Positions 9,718 to 17,480 of a stretch of 39,704 nucleotides of DNA are shown here, piece by piece. Positions within the stretch are counted from its first letter, which is position 1; every line of letters begins with the position of its first letter. The DNA is taken from positions 309-40,012 of the forward strand of contig CAYMCA010000001.1 in assembly GCA_964388875.1 (NCBI GenBank), in the 5' to 3' direction. This stretch comes from Candidatus Woesearchaeota archaeon. GTDB lineage: Archaea; Nanobdellota; Nanobdellia; Pacearchaeales; GW2011-AR1. The notes under the pieces were generated by a model that was given only the letters and a program-made list of their open reading frames with translations, had not been told where the DNA came from and did no database searches. The position numbers and the translations under genes were made by a program.

Positions 9718-9781
9718 CAGCAACAATAATCTGCACAAGAAAAGAAATGAGAAAAAATGCATGGAAAGAAGGTGTGAAAGC

Positions 9782-10084
9782 ATGAGCGCTAAAAATAGAA
9801 TAATAACTAAAGATTATTCGCCAAGGATAGTTAAAAATTCCAGAGAGGCAGGGAAGACATACAGCTTTGACGAAAGGCATAATAAGAACCTGCCTGTTGG
9901 CATGTGGTTTCAGAATTCCAATGAGGGGCTTGTGCTTTTCATTGTGTTTTACACGCAGGCATGCAGGTGGTCAAGATGCCTTGGCTGCAATCTTCCATCA
10001 AAGGTATCGCAATATCCTGTAAGCTATAAGGCGCTAATGAAACAGATTGACTATGTGTTTGCGAGAAAGGATGTGGCTGAGTGA
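9782..10084 (+). CDS. Radical-SAM-like protein, N-terminal part (Fe-S cluster loop); ends at in-frame TGA
   Basis: FYTQACRWSRCLGCNL gives a Cx4Cx2C cluster motif. The next ORF continues in the same frame. Confidence 0.55.
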   Translation: MSAKNRIITKDYSPRIVKNSREAGKTYSFDERHNKNLPVGMWFQNSNEGLVLFIVFYTQACRWSRCLGCNLPSKVSQYPVSYKALMKQIDYVFARKDVAE

Positions 10085-10102
10085 AGAAAAACTATAAAGA
10101 AG

Positions 10103-10822
10103 GTGATAATCAGCAATAACGGCTCTGTTCTTGATGAGGCAACATTCTCATCTACAGCTTTAATGTATCTTCTCGCAAAGCTGAACCTGCACCTTCCAAG
10201 CCTGGCTGTATGCAGCATTGAGACAAGATGCGAATATGTTGATATTGCAGAGCTTGAGTTTATCTCAAGGGCTCTTAAAGAAGGCGATACTCCAACGCAA
10301 CTTGAATTAGCAATAGGGTTTGAGGCATTTGATGAGGATATAAGAAACAGGATTTTCAAGAAAGGGCTTTCCTTAAAGGCATTTGAGTCTTTTGTTCAGA
10401 AGATAGCTCCATATCGCTACGGGCTTAAATGCTATTTCATGCAAAAGCCTGTTCCTGGCATGAGCGATGAAGAGGCAGTATTAGACATACGCCGCGGAAT
10501 ATATTACCTGGACAGGATTGCCTCTTTGCACGGAATTAAAGTCAACATGCACCTCAATCCCACATTTGCGGCTAAGGGCACGCCTCTTGAAAAAAGCTTT
10601 TTGAAAGGAAAATACATTCCGCCAAGGCTTGTTGATGTTGCAAAAGCTGCCTTGCATGCTGAAGAAAAAAACATCTCTGTATTTGTCGGCTTGTATGATG
10701 AGGGGCTTGCTGTTAATGGCGGCTCTTTCATCAGGAAGAATGATGAAGGGATTATTGCCCTTATCAAGCAGTTCAACATGACAGGCAATTTCAGGTTTCT
10801 TCGCCTGGCTTGCAGGGAATAA
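10103..10822 (+). CDS. Radical-SAM-like protein, C-terminal TIM-barrel part (TIGR01210-like)
   Basis: SNNGSVLDE, SIETRCEYV, LAIGFEAFDEDIRNRIFKKG and GKYIPPRL follow the order I recall for TIGR01210-type radical SAM proteins. Same frame as 9782-10084, separated by TGA plus 6 codons. Confidence 0.6.
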   Translation: MIISNNGSVLDEATFSSTALMYLLAKLNLHLPSLAVCSIETRCEYVDIAELEFISRALKEGDTPTQLELAIGFEAFDEDIRNRIFKKGLSLKAFESFVQKIAPYRYGLKCYFMQKPVPGMSDEEAVLDIRRGIYYLDRIASLHGIKVNMHLNPTFAAKGTPLEKSFLKGKYIPPRLVDVAKAALHAEEKNISVFVGLYDEGLAVNGGSFIRKNDEGIIALIKQFNMTGNFRFLRLACRE

Positions 10823-10842
10823 AAAAGAAAGGAGAAAGCAAG

Positions 10843-11160
10843 ATGAGAATAGCAGCAGAGATAGTGCTGATGCTCCTGATAATAGCAGTGTTAATCAGCG
10901 CGTCAGTTATTGGCATTTATGCACACAGCACACTTGACAGAGAATATAATCTTTCAGGCCAATTGGACAGGTTGCAGCTTCTTAGGGCTATGGCAATCTC
11001 TCTTTTGATAGTGCCCTTGGCATATTACTTTGGCTCTAACATACGCTATCTTCTGTACGACAGAAAGCATGAAGAGATAATGAAGGCACTGGAAGAAGGC
11101 ACAAGAGAATTAAGGTTTAGAAACAGCTACCTGAATAATTATAGCAAAGGACGCTCATAA
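10843..11160 (+). CDS. Membrane protein (105 aa)
   Basis: SD aaaggag lies 9 nt before ATG 10843. Two TM helices. Confidence 0.5.
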   Translation: MRIAAEIVLMLLIIAVLISASVIGIYAHSTLDREYNLSGQLDRLQLLRAMAISLLIVPLAYYFGSNIRYLLYDRKHEEIMKALEEGTRELRFRNSYLNNYSKGRS

Positions 11161-11224
11161 TTTACCAAAAAAGCGCCTTTGCTATAAGTGGGGCTTCTTA
11201 AGTCTTAAAGAAAAGGAGAAAAAG

Positions 11225-11587
11225 ATGAAAACAAAGAAAGGTTTTACGCTTGTCGAGGTTATGATTGTTCTTGCGATGGTGGGATTGCTTGCAGCGATTG
11301 CAATTCCATCAATGCTGAAGGCGCGCGAGGTTGCACAAGCAAAGGCAAAAGCAGAGGCATCAAAAAACATTTCAACCATGCCAAGCCAGCAGGAGAAATT
11401 TACAGTTACGCTGGAGTGGAAGGAAGGCATAAAGGCAACCCCTGAGAACATTGAGATTGTTTATGGCGTAAGAGAGGCAAGGATTGACAAGAAAGATGGC
11501 GCTCAATTCCTTGTGCTGGCATGCGAGGACGGCGAGAGAAGCATAACCCTGAACGAGAACCTTCTCTCATGGAAGATTGGAAAATAG
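11225..11587 (+). CDS. Prepilin-type N-terminal cleavage/methylation domain protein (120 aa)
   Basis: KKG|FTLVEVMIVLAMVGLLAAIAIPS has Gly-1, Phe+1 and Glu+5. The C-terminal TLEWKEGIKATPENIEIV module is shared with 14971. Confidence 0.8.
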   Translation: MKTKKGFTLVEVMIVLAMVGLLAAIAIPSMLKAREVAQAKAKAEASKNISTMPSQQEKFTVTLEWKEGIKATPENIEIVYGVREARIDKKDGAQFLVLACEDGERSITLNENLLSWKIGK

Positions 11588-11639
11588 GGAAAGGAGCAAA
11601 AAGAAAAACAAGAAAAGGAGGAAAGAATGATAAAATTAA

Positions 11640-11815
11640 GACTTCAAAAATGCTCTTTGAGTACCCACCTGTTTTAACTAACAGAAAGCAAAGGCATTTT
11701 TGATAGCTTCAGAAACAAAGTTTCTGATAGTGCTCAAGATTTTGTGAAATCTTGACATGCTCAAAAACTTAAACACGCTCTGGGGATTTAGTCCAGAGTT
11801 TTTGACAAAGCAAAT
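11640..11815 (+). repeat. Mosaic hairpin repeat, copy C
   Basis: Shares modules with 37862-38056, 14422-14522 and, inverted, 34590-34730. Contains hairpins at 11710-11726 and 11735-11754. Confidence 0.7.
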
Positions 11816-11843
11816 ATTAGCAAAGAAGATTGAGAGAGAGGCA

Positions 11844-12113
11844 ATGAAGAGCCTTCAAAGAGCATACAAAGCTTTGGGTGAGTGCAACTTAAAAAAATTC
11901 AGGTTAGCCATAGAATCTATTGAGAAGCAGATTACGCCTGCTGCATTAAAAAACATTCCAAGAGCGCCTATTTTGAAGGAAGGAATTGAGAAGATTTACA
12001 GAGATTTAGTAAAGCTGGAACAAGATGATATGGCAGATTTAAGCCGCAGAATTGGCAGCATTGGCTATGGCCTTTGGTGCAAGGTAGATGATATTGGCTA
12101 TGTGCAAAAATAG
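11844..12113 (+). CDS. Hypothetical protein (89 aa); start moved downstream of the repeat
   Basis: The track start 11757 lies inside the repeat element. ATG 11844 follows gagagagagg. Confidence 0.4.
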   Translation: MKSLQRAYKALGECNLKKFRLAIESIEKQITPAALKNIPRAPILKEGIEKIYRDLVKLEQDDMADLSRRIGSIGYGLWCKVDDIGYVQK

Positions 12114-12197
12114 CCAAGCATAAAAACATATGAGAGCTGCCGAAAATAACAAAACAAAAAATAAGGCTCTCATTTTATTAAAGAAAAGGAGGCAGAA

Positions 12198-12500
12198 ATG
12201 AGCATTTACAAAATCGGCTTGATTTTGCTAATTGTTGTTATTTTAGCCGGCGGAGCTTGTTATCTTCGCATTCAGGGGGAAAGCTTTCAGGACTGCCGGG
12301 ATGTTGCAGATTACTACCAGGCAAAGTACAGGTACCAGGTAGGAAACATCAAAGGGTTTGGGCATTTTAGCCTTGTCTCTCTTGATGGAGGAAAAAACTG
12401 GTATGCCTTCGCTGAGAATGAGAAAAACGGCGAGGTTAAGATTCTCGGCGCAGCAGAGGAGAAATTCCCCGGGCTTCTGAGATATCTGGGAGAAAAATAA
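12198..12500 (+). CDS. Signal-anchored hypothetical protein (100 aa)
   Basis: SD aaaggagg. N-terminal TM helix. Confidence 0.5.
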   Translation: MSIYKIGLILLIVVILAGGACYLRIQGESFQDCRDVADYYQAKYRYQVGNIKGFGHFSLVSLDGGKNWYAFAENEKNGEVKILGAAEEKFPGLLRYLGEK

Positions 12501-12528
12501 TGCAGGATAAACAAAAAGGAGGAAAGAG

Positions 12529-13392
12529 ATGAGCAAGACATGCGTTGCATACCCGATTGTGGCTGCTTTAAAGAAAGCAGAGGAGATTGTAAAGCCGGTG
12601 GAAAAATGGGCAGCTAACAATGAGGCACAGCGGGTTTTTCTGGAAGAGTTTTTTAGTGAATGCCAAGAAGAAATCAGCAGAATTCCGGAGATAGAAAGCA
12701 TTGCATCCTGGAGTGCTAATGTTATCAACAAGTTTCTGAAAGAGAGGGGTTTTTCAATTCAGCTTCAGCCATTTGACTCATTGACATTCGGGGTTGCAAG
12801 TGTTTTGGATGTTCTTGTTGAGTGGCTGAATAAAGGCGATGTCACCTCAATTAAAAAGGGTGGGGTAACCTATCCGGCAGTAAGGATTGAAAGTAAGCAT
12901 GCTGATTTCTTTGAAATAAGCACCCATAAAAATCCAATAGTATGCTTGCATACAAAATCCGGGGATTTGGTGCACATGACAATCCTTGACAATGCCCCTG
13001 ATGGCTTTGATATGGTGGAAAAGGCGCAGGAGTTGTTCAAAGGCGAGGAGAGATATAATTTCAGCAGCGTGGTTTTCCCGATGGTTAGCCTTAACCAGGA
13101 TGTTGATATAAGCTGGCTGATTGGATTGAGAACAAAAGGCGCAGATGGCCAGCCTGCAGTTATAACACAGGCGCTTCAGCAGACAAAGCTCAGAATGAAT
13201 GAGGAAGGCGCAAGGGCGCAGAGCGCTGTTGCTATTGCAGTATTCAGGGGAGGGTTCTCGCCAGAGAAACAATATGTTATTGACAAGCCTTTCCTCTTCT
13301 GGATAACCCGCCCAGGCATCTGCAAGCCGCTCTTTGTTGCATATGTCACAGAGGATGACTGGAAAAACCCAGGCGACATCAGAAGCAAGTAA
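12529..13392 (+). CDS. Serpin-like protein, unusually short (287 aa)
   Basis: YVIDKPFLFWI fits the PROSITE serpin signature as I remember it. NEEGARAQSAVAIA resembles the reactive-centre-loop hinge and lies about 20 aa upstream. Confidence 0.6.
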   Translation: MSKTCVAYPIVAALKKAEEIVKPVEKWAANNEAQRVFLEEFFSECQEEISRIPEIESIASWSANVINKFLKERGFSIQLQPFDSLTFGVASVLDVLVEWLNKGDVTSIKKGGVTYPAVRIESKHADFFEISTHKNPIVCLHTKSGDLVHMTILDNAPDGFDMVEKAQELFKGEERYNFSSVVFPMVSLNQDVDISWLIGLRTKGADGQPAVITQALQQTKLRMNEEGARAQSAVAIAVFRGGFSPEKQYVIDKPFLFWITRPGICKPLFVAYVTEDDWKNPGDIRSK

Positions 13393-13402
13393 ATCAAAAC
13401 AT

Positions 13403-13450
13403 GCGAGAGCCTTGCCCAAACAGAAACAAAAAGCAAGGCTCTCGCTTTAT
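13403..13450 (+). terminator. Hairpin terminator after the serpin-like gene
   Basis: GCGAGAGCCTTGC (13403-13415) pairs with GCAAGGCTCTCGC (13433-13445), a perfect 13 bp stem, then TTTAT. Confidence 0.6.
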
Positions 13451-13469
13451 CAAGAGAGAGGAGGATAAA

Positions 13470-13763
13470 ATGAGAAGGAGAAAAGGAAAACTCATTATTT
13501 TAAAAAACAGTGATGCCCATAAGATAGGGGATATATGGGTAGTATATGGAGAGGGGGAGGACGGGGATAACAAAAGGGCTTTAATAAAAATTGTTTCTAT
13601 AAATGATAATGTGAGTGTTACAGGCTGGACGGGTTCAGATTGGCGTACTGTCCCTACTTATGATTTAATTAGAGGTGCTAGAGGAAGGGGGGCAAGAGAA
13701 TATTTAAAAGAATCCTTGCGGAAATTAGGGTATATCCGGAAGTATCAGAGAAGGGACAAATAA
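13470..13763 (+). CDS. Hypothetical basic protein (97 aa)
   Basis: SD gagaggagg lies 7 nt before ATG 13470. The track start 13401 lies inside the terminator stem. Confidence 0.5.
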   Translation: MRRRKGKLIILKNSDAHKIGDIWVVYGEGEDGDNKRALIKIVSINDNVSVTGWTGSDWRTVPTYDLIRGARGRGAREYLKESLRKLGYIRKYQRRDK

Positions 13764-13979
13764 GATTGGTGGGTCAATTAAAGGCTTTTTGGGCTTGGCA
13801 ATATTGGTTTGGTTATTTGCAAAGTCTATTGAAGGTTTTTTGATGTTGATAGAGATTGCTATTAAAAAATTAAAAGAACAACCAGCCGTATAAAAACCCA
13901 AAGACAAATGTAAATGTTATATAAAATAGTGCAAAGATGGTGAGTATATTGTTGATAACAAAGAAAGAGGAGGAAACAA

Positions 13980-14357
13980 ATGAAAAACAGAAAAGGTCGC
14001 ACTTTAGTTTTAGCTGTTAGCATAATAGCATTATTTTCATTTTTGGCAGGCTTGAAGATATTCACGATAACCAGCCATGCAAATGCCAATGCAGAGCCGG
14101 CAGAAACACAGCAAGAGCACAAAGAGCCGAGCGAAACAATAGGGCAGAGCGCAGAGACAAGGGATATAAATGCGCTGCTTAAGAAAGCAGAGGGATATGC
14201 AAGGCAGGCAGAAGAGGAATATAAAATAGCTGAAGGCAGTTGGGGTGCAGAAAGCAAGGCATATGGGAGCCAGCCGGCTATCTACTTTGCATTAAAAACA
14301 ATTAGCATTCAGAATGAGGTTATTATCAAGCTTCTGAGAAAAAAGGTGGACATGTAG
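13980..14357 (+). CDS. Signal-anchored protein (125 aa), paralogue of 19579
   Basis: SD agaggagg. Has an N-terminal hydrophobic segment. The C-terminal QNEVIIKLLRKK matches QNEALIELLRQK in 19579. Confidence 0.55.
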   Translation: MKNRKGRTLVLAVSIIALFSFLAGLKIFTITSHANANAEPAETQQEHKEPSETIGQSAETRDINALLKKAEGYARQAEEEYKIAEGSWGAESKAYGSQPAIYFALKTISIQNEVIIKLLRKKVDM

Positions 14358-14396
14358 GAAGGATGCCTTAAATACAACAGAGAGCCAGTGGGCTAG

Positions 14397-14619
14397 TTTT
14401 TTCTGAGGTGCAGCTTCGCTATGGATAATTCTGTTGTTTAGATTACATTGTTTCAGAACTTCAGAAACAAAGTTTCTGATAGTGCTCAGAAAAATAAACT
14501 AAGGTTTCAAATTTTTCTGACATTATACAGATAGAAAATTCTGTACAAAATGTCATATAACCCGCAGAATTTTCTATACATGGGAGCGAGAGTTGGCAAC
14601 TGCAGAGAGCCCTCTGGCT
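14397..14619 (+). repeat. Conserved 66 nt module (25 + 41 nt) interrupted by a 157 bp insert
   Basis: 14397-14421 is identical to 34734-34758 (25/25). 14579-14619 matches 34759-34799 (40/41). The two halves are contiguous at the 34.7 kb locus. Confidence 0.8.
14422..14576 (+). mobile_element. MITE-like 155 bp insertion flanked by a TA duplication
   Basis: An empty site exists at 34757-34758. The ends tggataattctg and cagaattttcta form a 10/12 imperfect TIR. TA is present on both flanks. Confidence 0.4.
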
Positions 14620-14699
14620 GAATCTATGCAGCCAAAGATTTTTAAGCAAGCATAAATATCAAAGATAAAAATAATAACTGCCTTTTGGCTTGATTAAAA

Positions 14700-14903
14700 A
14701 TGGAAGAATGGTATGGCAAAGAAGAAGACATATTGAATATAGAATTAACAACAGGCAGGGATTATTGGAAAAGCATAGAGTTGCCCAATGGAATAGTTAT
14801 TGACATAGGAGAAGACGGCAAGATTAAAGGCATTGAAATTTTAAGGGCGAGCAAGGTATTTTCAGGGGATGTTAAGAGTGTGCTGGAATCTGTTTCTAGG
14901 TAG
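14700..14903 (+). CDS. DUF2283-family protein (67 aa)
   Basis: ILNIEL...GIVIDIGEDGKIKGIEILRASK matches the DUF2283 pattern as I recall it. Confidence 0.65.
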   Translation: MEEWYGKEEDILNIELTTGRDYWKSIELPNGIVIDIGEDGKIKGIEILRASKVFSGDVKSVLESVSR

Positions 14904-14970
14904 TTTTTCAGCCTTTTTGGTGCTAAAATGCATCAATCACCAAATATTTTAATGAGAAAGGGAGGGCAAT

Positions 14971-15327
14971 ATGTTTCGGATAATTAAGAACAAGAGAGGA
15001 AAAGCAACACTTATTGAGTTCTTAGTAGCTGTTGCAATCATAGCTATTTTTACTGCTTTGTTAATCCCTATCATTGATGGGTTACGCAAAAAAGCAGCAG
15101 CCAGCAGGGCAAAGCCTGAATCTGTACAGGCAGTTCCTGAATCAATGGGAAAGACAATCACGCTCGAATGGAAGCAGGGGATGCGGGCAACGCCTGAAAC
15201 TATTGAGATAGTTGAAGGCGTCAGCGGGATAACTGTCAATGACTGCAATGACCTTGTTCTGGCACTCTCAGGCGGAAGCCATAGGATAATCCCGAAAGAA
15301 AATCTTGTTGAATACAGGGACAGGTAA
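14971..15327 (+). CDS. Degenerate prepilin-leader protein (118 aa), paralogue of 11225
   Basis: The RGKATLIEFLVAVAIIAIFTALLIP leader has Glu displaced by one position. The C-terminal TLEWKQGMRATPETIEIV matches 11225. Confidence 0.65.
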   Translation: MFRIIKNKRGKATLIEFLVAVAIIAIFTALLIPIIDGLRKKAAASRAKPESVQAVPESMGKTITLEWKQGMRATPETIEIVEGVSGITVNDCNDLVLALSGGSHRIIPKENLVEYRDR

Positions 15328-15459
15328 AACAGCAGAAAAGCAAAGCCTTTTGCTATATAGTAAACGCATTAAATAACCGATAGCATTTCCTATCTATCTA
15401 ACGTATAAAAATTATCGGAAACATAATGCGTTAGATATACAAGAAGGGGGGCGATAAAA

Positions 15460-15639
15460 TTGTCTTCACTGCAGTTCTTTTGCATGGCGGCTGAGCTGGC
15501 TTTTGAATTTGGCAAAAAGTATTTTGAGCATGCCTGCTTGATTGCATGCATTGTGGTGTGGTGCTTATGGATGCGCAGGATGATTAATGAAATAAAAAAA
15601 CAGCAGGGGAAAACAGGGGAGAAAGCTAACTGGAGGTAA
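15460..15639 (+). CDS. Candidate small membrane protein (59 aa, TTG start), not in the ORF track
   Basis: SD aagggggg lies about 8 nt upstream. Has a hydrophobic core (CLIACIVVWCLW). It competes with an antisense shadow ORF. Confidence 0.3.
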   Translation: MSSLQFFCMAAELAFEFGKKYFEHACLIACIVVWCLWMRRMINEIKKQQGKTGEKANWR

Positions 15640-15644
15640 CGAAA

Positions 15645-15920
15645 ATGGCAAAAAATAAAATGCCTAAAAAAGAGCAGGATATAAAGAGCAATGTTTACCT
15701 GATAGAATGCCGGCGCCAGGATTGCAAAAGGCAGGGAAAGAGCCATCGGTTTGAAAAAAGAATCTTTAGCGACAGGTGGCTGAGGAAGATTAAAGGATGC
15801 ATCTATGAAATATACCACAATTTTAAGCTAAAAAAGTATTCAAGGATAGGGTTTGTGGAGTGCGACAGGTGCCACTCATCATGCAACCTGAGGATTGTAA
15901 AGAGGCTGTATGAAGAGTGA
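15645..15920 (+). CDS. Hypothetical protein with zinc-ribbon-like Cys pairs (91 aa)
   Basis: CRRQDC ... CDRCHSSC. SD tggagg. Confidence 0.5.
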   Translation: MAKNKMPKKEQDIKSNVYLIECRRQDCKRQGKSHRFEKRIFSDRWLRKIKGCIYEIYHNFKLKKYSRIGFVECDRCHSSCNLRIVKRLYEE

Positions 15921-15947
15921 TTTTAAGAATAGGAAAGGAGACGCGTC

Positions 15948-16355
15948 ATGAATGCGGTTCAAGACGATGAAAAGGTAAAGAAGTTTCTTGAAATTGACCG
16001 CAAGATTAAATATTGTTTTGAAAAGGGCAAGTGGTATGTTGGCACCACCAAGAGATTGAAAGTCAGCATGACACGCGGGTTTTGTGATGAAGAGCTCATA
16101 GAACATATAAAGAAAATTGAGAAGTTTCAAAGAAAACTGTACATTACAGTGGAGATTATGGCTCCCGCCTTTGATGTAGACCCGCCTTATTACCAGACTA
16201 TAATAGATGCTGGTAATGAAGATTTTGAGGCAATATTTACTCTGAAGCCCAAAAAAGAAACAGGGAAGAAAACTATCCATATTCTAATACTCAGGAGTGC
16301 GGATTTGATATTTTCTGTTTCTAAGAAAGTATTTGTCAGAAACAGGGAAAAGTAA
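15948..16355 (+). CDS. Hypothetical protein (135 aa)
   Basis: SD gaaaggag. No motif recognised. Confidence 0.5.
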   Translation: MNAVQDDEKVKKFLEIDRKIKYCFEKGKWYVGTTKRLKVSMTRGFCDEELIEHIKKIEKFQRKLYITVEIMAPAFDVDPPYYQTIIDAGNEDFEAIFTLKPKKETGKKTIHILILRSADLIFSVSKKVFVRNREK

Positions 16356-16382
16356 ACATAACGGGGAAAGGGGGTGTTTTAC

Positions 16383-17036
16383 ATGAAAATGCTAAAGCTA
16401 TTTCTCGCGCTGGTATTTGTGCCTGCTTTAGCATGCAGCATGGCTCATGCAAAACCTGAAAAGAAAACTGGAGCAAAGAGCATAAGCGCAAAGAGCACAA
16501 AGGCAGCAATTGCAAAGAGAAAGCCAGCAGAAAAAGGCAATGCAGCATACAAGCTTAAGCCGGCAAAGGCAAGGGTAAGAAGCTTCTTCTTTGCTGCTTA
16601 CCAAGAGCTTAGAGAGATGGGTTATACAGAAAATCAGGCATTGAACGCAGCCTTTGCTGTCAGCATACACTGCTGGAGAGAAAGCAACATGCACGGCCAG
16701 GGTGTTGCAAAATGGCTTTATGAAAAGCACCATGCAATTAATCCCGGGCATATAACTGTTCCGGCAGAATGGAAAGGCATCTGGAAAAGGGAAAGGGATA
16801 ATGGCGTTAGTGTAAGAAAGAAATGGGCTGCATGGGCAACATATGAGGATGCTGCAAGGGGAACTATAGAATACATTCAGCGCAACAATCCCCTGGCGTT
16901 TAAGGCAGCCTTGAGGGGCAACATCCATGGCTATGCAGATGCAGTCAGCAACAGCAACTATCACACCGGCAACGCCCAGGATTACAAAAAGGTTCTCATG
17001 GACTGCGCGCCGACAGTAAGGAGAATGCTAAAGTAA
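16383..17036 (+). CDS. Secreted protein, possible GH73 glucosaminidase (FlgJ-like) domain
   Basis: Signal peptide MKMLKLFLALVFVPALACSMAHA. WATYEDAARGTIEYI...YADAVSNSNYHTGNAQDYKKVL resembles the F-x-Y...YATDPNY layout of glucosaminidases. The similarity is weak. Confidence 0.45.
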   Translation: MKMLKLFLALVFVPALACSMAHAKPEKKTGAKSISAKSTKAAIAKRKPAEKGNAAYKLKPAKARVRSFFFAAYQELREMGYTENQALNAAFAVSIHCWRESNMHGQGVAKWLYEKHHAINPGHITVPAEWKGIWKRERDNGVSVRKKWAAWATYEDAARGTIEYIQRNNPLAFKAALRGNIHGYADAVSNSNYHTGNAQDYKKVLMDCAPTVRRMLK

Positions 17037-17063
17037 GCAGAAGAGAAAGAGGAGGAATGGGAG

Positions 17064-17423
17064 ATGAAACTTTTGAGAAGAAAGGGAAAAGGATTTGCAT
17101 GGATAGAACTGTTGGTTGTAATTGCAATTATAAGTATTCTTATAGCACTTGCTATTCCATTGTTGCCAGGAGCAAGAAAAGCAAGGCAGCAAGCGAAAGC
17201 TGCAGAGTTTTCAAAGGAAATGATACTGACAATCTCTGCAGCAGAGTATTGCGAGAATGTTGGCAGAAAGCTTTCTGATTACAAAATGATTGGAGTTTGG
17301 AGCGATAGTAGTTGGTATGGTGATTTTCAGAAAGCTATTCCTGCAGGAACAGAGGTTATTGTTGGTTTTGCGCAGAGTGAAAAAGGCTATGCAGGCACAG
17401 CATTGATACCAAAGGACAGGTAA
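17064..17423 (+). CDS. Prepilin-type N-terminal domain protein (119 aa)
   Basis: GKG|FAWIELLVVIAIISILIALAIP has Glu+5. Confidence 0.75.
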   Translation: MKLLRRKGKGFAWIELLVVIAIISILIALAIPLLPGARKARQQAKAAEFSKEMILTISAAEYCENVGRKLSDYKMIGVWSDSSWYGDFQKAIPAGTEVIVGFAQSEKGYAGTALIPKDR

Positions 17424-17480
17424 AGTCATTTGAGAAATGGGAAATAGCAGAATAGAAAGAGGAGAAAGGAGGAATGGGAG

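Noticed and set aside
10082-10084. Genome-wide TGA reassignment (genetic code 4 or 25) as the explanation for the in-frame TGAs at 10082 and 29218.
   Set aside because: TGA ends well-defined genes with classic ATGA start/stop overlaps (5717-5720, 24234-24237, 24923-24926). It also terminates the ABC permease and ATPase at the expected lengths.
10082-10130. Selenocysteine insertion at the TGA in the radical-SAM gene.
   Set aside because: No stem-loop resembling a bacterial SECIS is visible in the roughly 40 nt downstream. The site lies in a linker rather than at a redox or cluster-binding Cys. A proper SECIS search was not possible here.
11521-11703. Track ORFs overlapping the mosaic repeats (11521-11703, the 5' part of 11757-12113, 14461-14649, 34589-34813, 37800-38033).
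   Set aside because: They have no SD and their ends coincide with repeat modules. The similarity between copies is at nucleotide level with indels that break the frame.
14590-14606. A sigma-54 type -24/-12 promoter in gttGGcaactgcagaga, and TTGACA strings at repeat ends (11754, 11802, 38050) as -35 boxes.
   Set aside because: The GG-N10-GC spacing is not met, and I could not find a matching TATAAT-like -10 at 16-18 nt from the TTGACA hexamers. The TTGACA/CTGACA strings are better explained as the conserved 3' flank of the hairpin unit.
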